From contig OZ219926.1 in the NCBI GenBank assembly GCA_964291405.2, positions 4,352,001 through 4,416,000 on the forward strand: a DNA stretch of 64,000 nucleotides, in the 5' to 3' direction. The notes under the pieces are model-generated. The model was not told where the DNA came from, ran no database searches, and was given only the letters and a program-made list of their open reading frames with translations. Positions 17,350 through 27,102 of this stretch are shown here, piece after piece (position 1 is the first letter of the stretch; every line of letters starts with the position of its first letter). A program made the translations under genes and the position numbers. The DNA comes from Thermodesulfobacteriota bacterium. Its GTDB lineage: Bacteria; Desulfobacterota; Binatia; Bin18.

Positions 17350-18303
17350 ATGAGTGAGGAAGCCGGCAGGTTTCAGGAGCAGCCTGCGGCCGTGCTCTCT
17401 CCGTCGCCGCAGGGAGGCTCGCTCGCGGATGCGTACGCCTATTGTCGTGATATTACCCAGCGCAGCTCGTCGAATTTTTATTATGCCTTCCGGCTCCTGA
17501 CCCGGGAGCAGCATAATGCGCTTTGCGCGCTATACGCCTTTTGTCGATTCGTGGATGATATCACGGACCAAGACCTCTCCCCCGTTGACGAGAAACAACC
17601 CCAGAACCGAAAAGAGCGACTCGCTCAACTCCTGGACACGTGGCGAGAGGAACTCATCTGCTGCTATGAGGGGACTCCACGTCATCCTATTTCGCGGGCC
17701 TTGGCCGATGCGGTGCGGCGTTTTCCCATTCAACAGGAACACCTGGCCGGCATTATCGACGGTGTGGCCATGGATCTCAGTCGGACCCGCTACCAGACGT
17801 TCTCAGAGCTATATGAATACTGTTACCGGGTTGCCTCTTTGGTCGGCCTCGTCTGCATAGAAATCTTTGGTTACCAATCGCCGCAAGCACGGGACTACGC
17901 CGTTAATCTGGGTATTGCGTTTCAACTGACGAATATCCTGCGGGATGTGGGCGAGGACGCGCAACGGGATCGGATTTACCTGCCGCTTGCAGACCTGGAC
18001 CGGTTTGCATACTCGGAGCAGGAACTCCTGAATCATGAGTATAACACGGCCTTCCTGAAACTGATGACGTTCGAGGGCCAACGCGCTCAGGAGTATTATA
18101 GCCGGGCGGTCAGCTTGCTGGATCGTCACGACCGCCGCTCTCTTGTTGCCGCGGAAGCCATGCGGCTCATTTATCATGGACTGCTCAAAAGAATTGCGTC
18201 GCAGCAATTCAAGGTTTTCCAACGTCGGGTGACGCTGCCCACCCCATTGAAGGTAGGCTTGGCCTTAGCCGCCTGGGGGCGGAGCCTGTTTGTTTTCCCT
18301 TAA
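17350..18303 (+). CDS. Squalene/phytoene synthase family protein, probably presqualene diphosphate synthase (HpnD-like)
   Basis: SSNFYYAF, YAFCRFVDD, YCYRVASLVG, LGIAFQLTNILRDVGEDAQRDRIYLP. Confidence 0.88.
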   Translation: MSEEAGRFQEQPAAVLSPSPQGGSLADAYAYCRDITQRSSSNFYYAFRLLTREQHNALCALYAFCRFVDDITDQDLSPVDEKQPQNRKERLAQLLDTWREELICCYEGTPRHPISRALADAVRRFPIQQEHLAGIIDGVAMDLSRTRYQTFSELYEYCYRVASLVGLVCIEIFGYQSPQARDYAVNLGIAFQLTNILRDVGEDAQRDRIYLPLADLDRFAYSEQELLNHEYNTAFLKLMTFEGQRAQEYYSRAVSLLDRHDRRSLVAAEAMRLIYHGLLKRIASQQFKVFQRRVTLPTPLKVGLALAAWGRSLFVFP

Positions 18304-18552
18304 TCCGGCTGTCAGGATTTTCCTATCGAAGGGAAAAGAGCGAGGAGTGTCGGGACTGTGGGTATCCTGGCGGCAGGCGGAAAGCGTACGCTCTCCCGGG
18401 TTGGCTCTAATGGGAAAGACGGGAATCTGGGCAAGACGCACAGCGTCCCTAGGGTGCATGCAGGCTGACAGAGAAATGCAAGAGGGGAGGCGGGCCGAAC
18501 TCACGAGTTCGGCTGAAGCGTCTCCTGTTCGGACGTTTCTCTGAGGATGTAT

Positions 18553-18963
18553 TCAGGCGACTGCGCGGAGCTTCTTCCCGCCTCGGGAGGAGTTTTTCAT
18601 CCCCTCATTGTCTGGGAGATGTTCCGCGATGTTCGTCTTCGCGTAGTGCGAACCTGGAAAAAGTGAGCGGATGGCAAACGCGACTTGTCCCATAAGGCGC
18701 TTGACGCCAACCGTTTTTTCTACTGGAGAAGTCGGCTCAAGGCGAACCATAGCCCCATTACTCTTTTTGCACACCTGGATAAAAAACTGTTGTTTTTTCC
18801 CCGGTTCTATAACGAGCGCTTCGAGGAGGATTTTGGTACACTCGGTATTAATATAGTACTCGCTGACGCGTTTAATGCCATCCGGGTCACGGAGAAACAT
18901 CTCTGGCCGACGGATAATGATCTGGCGTAGGTCCATCGGCCCTTGGATTGTTACGTTTGGCAT
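18553..18963 (-). CDS. Hypothetical protein, 136 aa
   Basis: AAGGAG RBS, globular-looking sequence, TTGACC-N17-TACATA upstream; no family recognised. Confidence 0.7.
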   Translation of the reverse strand: MPNVTIQGPMDLRQIIIRRPEMFLRDPDGIKRVSEYYINTECTKILLEALVIEPGKKQQFFIQVCKKSNGAMVRLEPTSPVEKTVGVKRLMGQVAFAIRSLFPGSHYAKTNIAEHLPDNEGMKNSSRGGKKLRAVA

Positions 18964-19214
18964 AAGCCCTCTCCTTAATATGAAACGCCCTGTCTGGAAT
19001 CACGTTTCCCCTGCTCTCAGCGTGTCCCAGAGCCCTCTGTTCGCAGCTTTGCCTGCCCCTCCACAGACAGATGTATATGCTATGTATCTGCCGCTTGTCG
19101 GACGGTCAAGTCTTAGGGGGTGTATGGGGAGTGTTCGGCTACTTTACAGATTGTTAGGACACCAGTTATAAGCTCCTGTAAGAGCGTCGAAATCTATGAG
19201 AAGAGAGAACGGTT

Positions 19215-20438
19215 ATGTTTTCAGTCACTTCGAGCGCCCCCGATCATAAGAGCCCGCATATTGCATCGATTCCGGAAGCGATCGAAGAAATTCGGGCTGG
19301 ACGCATGATCATTCTGATGGATGACGAAGATCGGGAGAACGAGGGTGACCTGTGCATGGCAGCGGAAAAGGTGACACCCGAAGCCATTAACTTTATGGCA
19401 AAACAGGGACGTGGGTTGATTTGTATGCCCATGGCCGAGGAGCGCATTGACACCCTCGGGCTGCCGATGATGGTAGCCAAGAATACGGCTCCTCTTGGAA
19501 CAGCCTTTACCATGTCTTTTGACGCCCGAAGGGGAGTGACACGGGGAGTTTCGGCGGAGGACCGAGCCACGACCATTCTGACGGCCACCCGGAAAGACGC
19601 GCGTCCTGAAGATTTTGTCGTCCCCGGTCATGTCTTCCCGCTACGCGCGCGGAAGGGGGGCGTCTTGGTCCGCACCGGACAGACCGAAGGCTCGGTTGAT
19701 CTCTCCCGCTTGGCCGGCCTCGACCCGTCTGGGATCATTTGTGAGATTATGCGAGAGGACGGGACCATGGCTCGTCTGCCCGACCTGGAAGAATTTGCCG
19801 TTGAGTACGGACTGAAAATCGCCACGATTGCCGACCTTATCCATTATCGTCTTGAAAATGATTCCTTAGTCCATCGTGTTGCTGAGGCCCGTCTGCCGAC
19901 CCAGTACGGGGGAGAATTTACGGCCCACGTCTATACCAGCGATGTGGACGAGGCCGAGCATTTTGTGTTGGTTAAGGGCGAGATCGACCCGGATGAGGCC
20001 GTGCTCGTTCGACCGCACGCTGAGTATGTGCCGGGAGACGTCTTTGGCTATACCTTTGGGAATACCAGCGCTCTCCTACAGCAGTCTATGGCCATGATCG
20101 CCGCAGCGGGAAAGGGGGTCATTCTCTACCTGCGCCAAGGCGGTCAGGGAGAGCAACTCTTCCGGGATACGAGCCGGACGGATAAACATGCCAACAAAGG
20201 CGCGGAGCAGGCAAGTACGAATCCGGGTTCCCAGTTGCGAGATTTTCGGGATTATGGCATTGGCGCCCAGATTTTACGTGACTTGGGCGTCCGCAAGATG
20301 CGACTCTTAACGAACTCTCCGCGGCGTTTAGTGAGTCTGCCGGGATACGGACTTGAGGTTGTAGAAACCGTTCCATTAGACATGTATTCCCGTCAGCAGT
20401 CTTCTGCCAGAAAAAAAATACAGTCTGCCTCAGCGTAA
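19215..20438 (+). CDS. ribB: DHBP synthase fused to a degenerate GTP cyclohydrolase II domain (RibBX-like)
   Basis: DDEDRENEGD, PGHVFPL, RTGQTEGSVDL are intact; the C-terminal domain lacks the Zn-binding cysteines. Confidence 0.92.
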   Translation: MFSVTSSAPDHKSPHIASIPEAIEEIRAGRMIILMDDEDRENEGDLCMAAEKVTPEAINFMAKQGRGLICMPMAEERIDTLGLPMMVAKNTAPLGTAFTMSFDARRGVTRGVSAEDRATTILTATRKDARPEDFVVPGHVFPLRARKGGVLVRTGQTEGSVDLSRLAGLDPSGIICEIMREDGTMARLPDLEEFAVEYGLKIATIADLIHYRLENDSLVHRVAEARLPTQYGGEFTAHVYTSDVDEAEHFVLVKGEIDPDEAVLVRPHAEYVPGDVFGYTFGNTSALLQQSMAMIAAAGKGVILYLRQGGQGEQLFRDTSRTDKHANKGAEQASTNPGSQLRDFRDYGIGAQILRDLGVRKMRLLTNSPRRLVSLPGYGLEVVETVPLDMYSRQQSSARKKIQSASA

Positions 20439-20453
20439 GAGTCTGACTCCACC

Positions 20454-21347
20454 ATGTATCGTTCGACTCCCGCCGATGTGCTCGTAAAGGCAACGGCTGC
20501 GAATAATACCATCCGGGCTCTGGCCGTTGTGACCACTGGTGTTGCGGAAGAAGCACGGGGCCGTCATCAAACTGCCCCCACAGCGACTGCCGCCCTCGGG
20601 CGTGTCATGACCGCGGGACTGCTCATTGGCAGTATGATGAAAGAGGAGGAGCAACTCTCCATTCAGTTTATGGGCAGCGGCCCCCTCCAAGGGGTGGTGA
20701 TTGATGCCAATGCCAAAGGAGAAGTCCGTGGTTTTGTCTATCAACCCCGGGCACACCTCCCCATAAAAAACGGCAAGCTGGATGTTGGTGGCGTTGTCGG
20801 AAAGGGAACCATGGCCGTTGTGCGACGGCAGCACTGGGATAAAGAGCCCTATCGTTCCGTGCTGCCGATTGTGTCCGGAGAAATCGGTCTGGATATTGCC
20901 AACTATTTGCTGACCTCAGAACAAGTGCCTTCTGTGGTGAGCCTGGGGGTCTTTGTCCAGCCTGACGAAGTGGTCTCCGCTGCCGGTGGTTTCATCATCC
21001 AGGCCATGCCGGACGCGGAGGACTCGACGCTGGCTGGCATAGAAGAGGCAGTAGCCCAGGCGAGGCCGGTCAGCCATATGGTGCGTGACGGGCTCGCTGC
21101 GTGGGACATCTTGAGGCAGGTGCTCGCGGATTTTTCGCCAACGCTCCTGGACGAGATGCCGGTCCGCTTTGCGTGTCGCTGTTCGCGCGAACGCGTTCAG
21201 GGCATTATTGTTGCTCTTGGTGCGGAAGAAGTAGAAAGGTTACTTGAGAAAGAGGGCCGGATCTCAGCCGCCTGTGAATTCTGTGCCGAGCAGTACGTCA
21301 TTGGATCAGAAGAAGCGCGGGCGCTTTTGGCAGACGCACAAAGTTAA
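20454..21347 (+). CDS. hslO: Hsp33 redox-regulated chaperone
   Basis: ATAALGR, SEQVPS, AGGFIIQAMP, CRCS...CEFC zinc motif. Confidence 0.96.
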   Translation: MYRSTPADVLVKATAANNTIRALAVVTTGVAEEARGRHQTAPTATAALGRVMTAGLLIGSMMKEEEQLSIQFMGSGPLQGVVIDANAKGEVRGFVYQPRAHLPIKNGKLDVGGVVGKGTMAVVRRQHWDKEPYRSVLPIVSGEIGLDIANYLLTSEQVPSVVSLGVFVQPDEVVSAAGGFIIQAMPDAEDSTLAGIEEAVAQARPVSHMVRDGLAAWDILRQVLADFSPTLLDEMPVRFACRCSRERVQGIIVALGAEEVERLLEKEGRISAACEFCAEQYVIGSEEARALLADAQS

Positions 21348-21457
21348 CCGATCGGCTTTGCACTCTCTCCCGCGCCGTCACTCCCCGTCTTTGTGAGCAA
21401 ACTGAAGAGCGCTTCAGGGGAGTCCAAGCCTATTCGGCAGGCTGACAGACAGATAAC

Positions 21458-22327
21458 TTACGCCGAGACGGTGAGTGACCGGATTAACGCGTTTGACATG
21501 ACCCTGACTGGGGCCGGATGGCCGGTCCAGAGTTCAAAAGCGAGTGCGCCCTGATGCAGTAGCATGCGGCGACCGTCCAGCGTCGGGCGTTGAGCGTGGT
21601 GAGCGTGCTGCAAGAAGAGAGTCGGCTGAGGCCCGTAGACTAAATCATAAAAGAGACATCTGCGCGGTGTTGCTCCGTAGTCGAGAGTCGGGAAAGTGTC
21701 GTTGTGGAGGCCGAGCGGGATACTGTTCACTACGAGAGCGGTGCGTTTCATGAGGGTGGGGTCTTGGAGTGCCTCCAGAGATGCAGGCACGAGCTGTGTC
21801 GTGCCCAGCGATCGATATGCACGTATCAGCTTTTTCGCGTTGGCCGGCGTTCGGTTGGCAATGGTAATCCGCGCGCTGCCTGCCTGAATGAGAGCTACCA
21901 AAACAGCCCGGGCTGCCCCGCCTGCGCCAATCAGCACAACCTCGCGGTCCCGGACTGAGCGGTTGCGTTCCGAGAGTGAGCGTAAAAACCCTTGCCCATC
22001 CGTGTTCTCTCCGTAGAGGGTACCGTGCCGATTGATAACCGTATTAACTGCTCGATACAGGCTGGCCGCTGGACTGAGTTCATCCAGATAGCGAAGGATC
22101 TTTTCCTTGTGGGGGACGGTGACATTAACCCCGACAAGATTGAGGGCACGAATACTGGAGGTCGCCTTCCCGAGCGCGGGAGGAGGGACGGAGAAGGGAA
22201 TATAAATATACGGGAGGCCCAACGCTCGGAATGCCGCATTATGCATGGTTGGCGAGCGGGTATGGGCAATAGGGCTGCCGAAAATCCCAATAACCTGGGT
22301 TTCTCCATTCACACTCAAGGTGGCCAT
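21458..22327 (-). CDS. aroE: Shikimate dehydrogenase
   Basis: SPTMHNAAF, GVNVTVPHK, AVNT, NTDG, IGAGGAAR, MLLHQGA. Confidence 0.96.
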   Translation of the reverse strand: MATLSVNGETQVIGIFGSPIAHTRSPTMHNAAFRALGLPYIYIPFSVPPPALGKATSSIRALNLVGVNVTVPHKEKILRYLDELSPAASLYRAVNTVINRHGTLYGENTDGQGFLRSLSERNRSVRDREVVLIGAGGAARAVLVALIQAGSARITIANRTPANAKKLIRAYRSLGTTQLVPASLEALQDPTLMKRTALVVNSIPLGLHNDTFPTLDYGATPRRCLFYDLVYGPQPTLFLQHAHHAQRPTLDGRRMLLHQGALAFELWTGHPAPVRVMSNALIRSLTVSA

Positions 22328-22377
22328 GCCGAAAAGAGCCCCCGGTAGGTGAGAGAATACCTAGCGCTGCGAGATCT

Positions 22378-25236
22378 CTAGTGGGTTGACCCTTGCGCAA
22401 GGGCCGCGCCCGATGGTTTGACGGATGTTTTCCGCGCAGTCCGCGGCTCGTTCGCCATCTGCTCCTTGAGGGCGGCGTGGGCTGCGGCAAGACGCGCAAT
22501 CGGTACGCGATAGGGCGAACAGGAAACATAGTTCAAGCCGATATTGTGGCAGAACTCGACCGAAGCGGGGTCTCCGCCATGTTCGCCGCAGATCCCGATT
22601 TTTAAGCCCTCTCTGACGGCGCGTGCTTTTTGGACGGCGGAGGCCATCAGTTCGCCTACGCCATCCAGGTCGAGCGACCCAAACGGATCCTGGGGGAAGA
22701 TGCCTTGCGAGACGTAGTCGGGGAGAAATTTTCCGGAGTCGTCCCGGCTCAGCCCGAGCGTCATCTGCGTCAAGTCGTTTGTCCCAAAGGAAAAGAAATC
22801 GGCGGCCGCGGCAATATGATCGGCTCGCAGGGCAGCTCGGGGTACTTCGATCATGGTGCCGATCGAATACTGCGGCGTGGCGCCCTGGGAGGCGATAACC
22901 TCGGCACAGACATGGGCAATCCGCTTGCGCAAGATTTCAAGTTCACGCTTATGGCCGACAAGGGGGACCATGATCTCGGGCAGCACGGTGATGCCGGATC
23001 GCGTCAGCTCACAGGCCGCTTCCATAATCGCCGTCACTTGGGCTTCATAGATTTCTGGAAAAGTGATGCCCAGACGACAGCCCCGATGCCCTAACATCGG
23101 GTTCAGTTCGTACAGCACATGCCGTTTGGTATGCAGGCGTTCCACGGGAACGTGGAGCTTCCCGGCGAGTTCCTCCAGGTCTTTATCCGTCTGCGGCAGA
23201 AATTCGTGCAGTGGCGGATCAAAGAGGCGGATTGTGACCGGCAGGCCCTCCATCGCGCGTAAAATGCCGATAAAGTCTGCCTTTTGCATGGGAACAATTT
23301 TCTCCAAGGCCCGAATACGCCCGATCGTGTCATCGGCCAGGATCATCTCTCGGACGGCGTCGATACGGTCTCCCTCAAAGAACATATGTTCGGTGCGACA
23401 CAGGCCAATACCTTCGGCGCCAAAGGCGCGTGCCACTTGCGCGTCACGTGGGGTATCGGCATTGGCGCGGACGCGCAGGCGACGCAGGCGATCCGCCCAG
23501 GTCATCAGAGCTCTGAAGGATGGGCTTTCTATTTTGGGTGCGCTGGTTGGCACCCGACCCCGGAAGACTTCTCCGGTTGAGCCGTCCAGGGTAATGAGGT
23601 CCCCGGCTCGGAGGACCAGGTCTGTGCCGCGCACACGGAAGATTTGCTGAGCGTAATCAATTTCAAGCGCCTCGCAGCCGACGACGGCGCACTTGCCCAT
23701 ACCCCGGCTCACCAGGGCGGCGTGTGAGCTGGCTCCGCCCCGGGTGGTCAGGATGCCTTCCGCGGCATTCATGCCATTGATGTCTTCCGGCGAGGTTTCA
23801 ATCCGAACCAGGATGACCTGCCGTTCGGCCCGCGTCGCGGCTTCGGCATCCTCGGCAGAGAAGACGACTTCCCCGCTGACCGCCCCAGGCGATGCGGGCA
23901 GGCCGCGGGCGATCGGCTCCTTTGGGGCCTCTGGATCAAGAATGGGATGGAGCAACTGATCGAGCTGAGCTGGGGCGACCCGCAGGATGGCTTGTTCCTC
24001 ATTAATGAGACTTTCGTACACCATGTCCACAGCGACCTGGACGGCAGCGGCTGCTGTCCGCTTGGCCGTTCGGGTCTGGAGCATCCATAACTGGCCGTGC
24101 TCTGAGGTGAACTCGATATCTTGGACGTCGCTGTAATGCGCTTCGAGCGTGTGGGCGACCGCTTTCAGTTGCTCAAAGCTGTCCGGCATCTGCTCTTCCA
24201 GAGCCGGGTAGCGTTCTTTCCGCTCCTCTTCCGAACATCCTTCTCGTTGGGCGCGCTGACGTGACGCCGAGAGGGTGATCTGCTGGGGCGTGCGGATACC
24301 GGCAACGACATCTTCTCCTTGGGCGTTAATGAGAAAATCGCCGTTCAGCTCGTTTGCACCGGTAGACAGGTCGCGGGTGAAGGCAACGCCGGTGGCGCAA
24401 TCATCTCCCAGATTCCCAAACACCATGGCCTGAATCGTGACCGCGGTGCCCCATTCGTCCGGGATGTTCTCCAGCCTGCGATACGTGGCCGCTCGGGTAT
24501 TATTCCACGAACCGAACACCGCGCCGATCGCGCCCCAGAGTTGATCGTGGGGGTCATCGGGAAACGGGATACTCGACCGCTCTTGAATCAGGCCCTTGAA
24601 TGCGGAAACGAGGGCTTGGAGGTCTTCGGCCGTGAATTGAGTGTCAAAGTCTATCTCTCGTGCAGCCTTTTTCTCCTCAATAATCCGCTCAAAAGGGTCC
24701 CGCTCTGTCTTTGAGTGAGGCTTGAGACCGAGCACGACATCCCCGTACATCTGAACAAAGCGGCGGTAGCAGTCATAGGCAAAACGCGGGTTACCGGACT
24801 GCTGAATGAGCCCCTGGACGGTCTTATCGTTGAGGCCGAGATTCAGCACCGTATCCATCATGCCGGGCATGGAAACTCGGGCGCCCGAGCGGACCGACAA
24901 GAGCAGGGGATTGGTCGCGTTCCCAAAGCGGCGACCCATAATTTTTTCGATTCGCCGCAAACCCGTCCGGACCTGCTGCGAGAGTTCCGGCGGATAGGTA
25001 CGGCCATAGGTATAGTAATAGTTGCAGACTTCGGTTGTGATCGTCATACCAGGCGGAACGGGCAGACCAAGTTCGGCCATTTCCGCCAGATTTGCGCCCT
25101 TGCCACCGAGGAGCCAGTTGAGGCTCGCCCTCCCATCGGCCTGGCCGGCACCGAAAGAGTAGACATACCGTTTGCGCCGTGATCGCTTCTGCCGCTTTGG
25201 CAGCCCGTTTTGTGTGTTGGTATCCATGAGTTGCAT
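22378..25236 (-). CDS. ppdK: Pyruvate, phosphate dikinase
   Basis: LLGGKGANLAEM, SVRSGARVSMPGMMDT, GIGLCRTEHMFF, FSFGTNDLTQ, GICGEHGG. Confidence 0.98.
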   Translation of the reverse strand: MQLMDTNTQNGLPKRQKRSRRKRYVYSFGAGQADGRASLNWLLGGKGANLAEMAELGLPVPPGMTITTEVCNYYYTYGRTYPPELSQQVRTGLRRIEKIMGRRFGNATNPLLLSVRSGARVSMPGMMDTVLNLGLNDKTVQGLIQQSGNPRFAYDCYRRFVQMYGDVVLGLKPHSKTERDPFERIIEEKKAAREIDFDTQFTAEDLQALVSAFKGLIQERSSIPFPDDPHDQLWGAIGAVFGSWNNTRAATYRRLENIPDEWGTAVTIQAMVFGNLGDDCATGVAFTRDLSTGANELNGDFLINAQGEDVVAGIRTPQQITLSASRQRAQREGCSEEERKERYPALEEQMPDSFEQLKAVAHTLEAHYSDVQDIEFTSEHGQLWMLQTRTAKRTAAAAVQVAVDMVYESLINEEQAILRVAPAQLDQLLHPILDPEAPKEPIARGLPASPGAVSGEVVFSAEDAEAATRAERQVILVRIETSPEDINGMNAAEGILTTRGGASSHAALVSRGMGKCAVVGCEALEIDYAQQIFRVRGTDLVLRAGDLITLDGSTGEVFRGRVPTSAPKIESPSFRALMTWADRLRRLRVRANADTPRDAQVARAFGAEGIGLCRTEHMFFEGDRIDAVREMILADDTIGRIRALEKIVPMQKADFIGILRAMEGLPVTIRLFDPPLHEFLPQTDKDLEELAGKLHVPVERLHTKRHVLYELNPMLGHRGCRLGITFPEIYEAQVTAIMEAACELTRSGITVLPEIMVPLVGHKRELEILRKRIAHVCAEVIASQGATPQYSIGTMIEVPRAALRADHIAAAADFFSFGTNDLTQMTLGLSRDDSGKFLPDYVSQGIFPQDPFGSLDLDGVGELMASAVQKARAVREGLKIGICGEHGGDPASVEFCHNIGLNYVSCSPYRVPIARLAAAHAALKEQMANEPRTARKTSVKPSGAALAQGSTH

Positions 25237-25325
25237 CCATTATGACGGTTATCTAACCATAATTCTATCCGTCATAACGGGTGGAGGTCTAGCCTTAGTA
25301 TAGGCGAGCAGCCCTGTCACCCGCT

Positions 25326-26147
25326 CTACGTGTCATCAACGCAAGCGGCGTGGCCAGAGGCAGGGGATACGGGCGAAACATCCACTCGCTCAAGAAAGGC
25401 GAGGGATTTGAGTGGCCGGGACAAATGCTGAGCCAAAAGTCGTGACACAAGAGAGCGTGTTTCCTGGTAGATTCGTGGCGATCTATGATCAGAGTCCGCA
25501 TCGGGCACGCGCTCACTGGCGAGCCAAGTCTGGAGTAGTCTAAGCGTTTCAGGAGCAAGGCGAAACGTTGCACCCCCCTGAGTATCGCACTTGGGACACA
25601 GCAGGCCGCTGAGACTCGGAGAGAAGACCAGAGCCGGCCCGTTCGCTGTGCGCAGTGGGAGGGAGGTCCCGCAGATGCAACAGGAGCTCAGGTTTGGGGC
25701 ATAGCCAACCTCAACCAGGAGTCGCAGCTCAAAAGCCGGGAGAAACAGAGCCGGAAGCGGGGACGACTCTTCAAGCGAGACTAAACCGTGCAGGAGGAGG
25801 GCGTAGATTTCTTGACCGGCCTCCCGCCCGGCCACCATGACGTCCGTCAGCTCAACCATATAACTGGCCAGGGCAAAGCGGTGGATGTCTTGACTCGGAC
25901 GGCGGAACGTCTGGACAAGCTCGCAGCCCAGGATAAAGGCCAGTTCATCAGAGCGACTTGGCCGGAATCTGAGGCGAATATGGGTGAAAGGTTCAAGAAC
26001 GTTGACAAAACGTCGTCGTGAGCGTTTTGCCCCTTTTGCAATCCCGGTAATCTTCCCCCAGTCCTGAGTGAGGAAAGTGACGATCTTGTCCGATTCTCCG
26101 TGTACTCGCGTACGCAGAACAATAGCGGGGGTCCGTTCTTCTTGCAT
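25326..26147 (-). CDS. recO: DNA repair protein RecO
   Basis: GESDKIVTFLT...GKITGIAKGAKRSRRRF; zinc cysteines CCIC...CPKC. Confidence 0.95.
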   Translation of the reverse strand: MQEERTPAIVLRTRVHGESDKIVTFLTQDWGKITGIAKGAKRSRRRFVNVLEPFTHIRLRFRPSRSDELAFILGCELVQTFRRPSQDIHRFALASYMVELTDVMVAGREAGQEIYALLLHGLVSLEESSPLPALFLPAFELRLLVEVGYAPNLSSCCICGTSLPLRTANGPALVFSPSLSGLLCPKCDTQGGATFRLAPETLRLLQTWLASERVPDADSDHRSPRIYQETRSLVSRLLAQHLSRPLKSLAFLERVDVSPVSPASGHAACVDDT

Positions 26148-26154
26148 TTGCGGC

Positions 26155-26183
26155 TTGACAGTCCAGGGAGTGATTCTTAGATT
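26155..26183 (+). promoter_or_regulatory. Putative sigma70 promoter of grpE-dnaK-dnaJ
   Basis: TTGACA-N17-TAGATT upstream of grpE. Confidence 0.6.
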
Positions 26184-26273
26184 TCCTGCAACCTCTCTTC
26201 TTCCCTACCATAAATACATGAAAAAGCGAACAAATGAGGGCGGTGAGAAGAGTCCGGCGGGAGAGCTGGGAGA

Positions 26274-27017
26274 ATGAGGGAATGTATGGAAAGACAGGGA
26301 AACGGTCAGTCAGAAGAACAGGAGAAGACGCCCGGCCACGCATCCGACCAAACAGCGTTTGAAGGGTCTTCAGAGGGCGCGAATGGGAAAGGTACGTGCC
26401 AAGAGCAAGAAGGCAATCAGGGTGAGTTGGAAGGACAAGGGAGTGAAGCAGTAGGGGGTAGTGAGCACGCGGAGCTCGATGATCAGGCCGATCAGGACAC
26501 GCCTGATGAACTGACTCTCGTACGGGCACAACTCGTCGCGCAAGAAGCGCTCGCCAAGGAGAAAGACGACCTGTTGCTCAGGGAACGGGCTGAACTGGAA
26601 AATTTCAAACGTCGGATGCAGCGGGAGAAAAACGAGTCTCTGCGTTTTGCGAGTGAGCCGCTGCTCCGTGATATTTTGTCCGTTATCGACAATCTGGAGC
26701 GGGCGGTCGCGCACGCCAAGGGGAGCGAAGGCAGTCAGGCCCTGGTTGAGGGGGTGGAATTAGTCTTGCGGTCGCTGCTGGACACCATAGGCCGGCACGG
26801 CGTGAGCCGGGTGAAAGCAAAGGGAGAGACCTTTGATCCAAATCTGCATGAAGCAGTGGTGCAAGTTGAAAATACCGAGGTTGCTCCGAATACCGTGCTT
26901 GACGAACATCAGTCCGGATATCAGCTGCATGACCGCTTATTGCGCCCGGCAATGGTGAGCGTTTCCAAAGCAGCGCCACCGGCACGGGAAGAAGGAGAGG
27001 AAAAATCAGAGCCGTAG
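26274..27017 (+). CDS. grpE: Nucleotide exchange factor GrpE
   Basis: AELENFKRR, DNLERA, FDPNLHEA, GYQLHDRLLRPAMV. Confidence 0.97.
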   Translation: MRECMERQGNGQSEEQEKTPGHASDQTAFEGSSEGANGKGTCQEQEGNQGELEGQGSEAVGGSEHAELDDQADQDTPDELTLVRAQLVAQEALAKEKDDLLLRERAELENFKRRMQREKNESLRFASEPLLRDILSVIDNLERAVAHAKGSEGSQALVEGVELVLRSLLDTIGRHGVSRVKAKGETFDPNLHEAVVQVENTEVAPNTVLDEHQSGYQLHDRLLRPAMVSVSKAAPPAREEGEEKSEP

Positions 27018-27102
27018 CGGTTGCCAACGCACAAGGTGATGATTAACAAGTGCTGTACAACGGGAGTCGCCCGAGAAGGCTCTCGCTATAAGGAGAACAG
27101 GT

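Noticed and set aside
18964-19214. Possible FMN riboswitch upstream of ribB
   Set aside because: None of the conserved RFN sequence blocks are visible.
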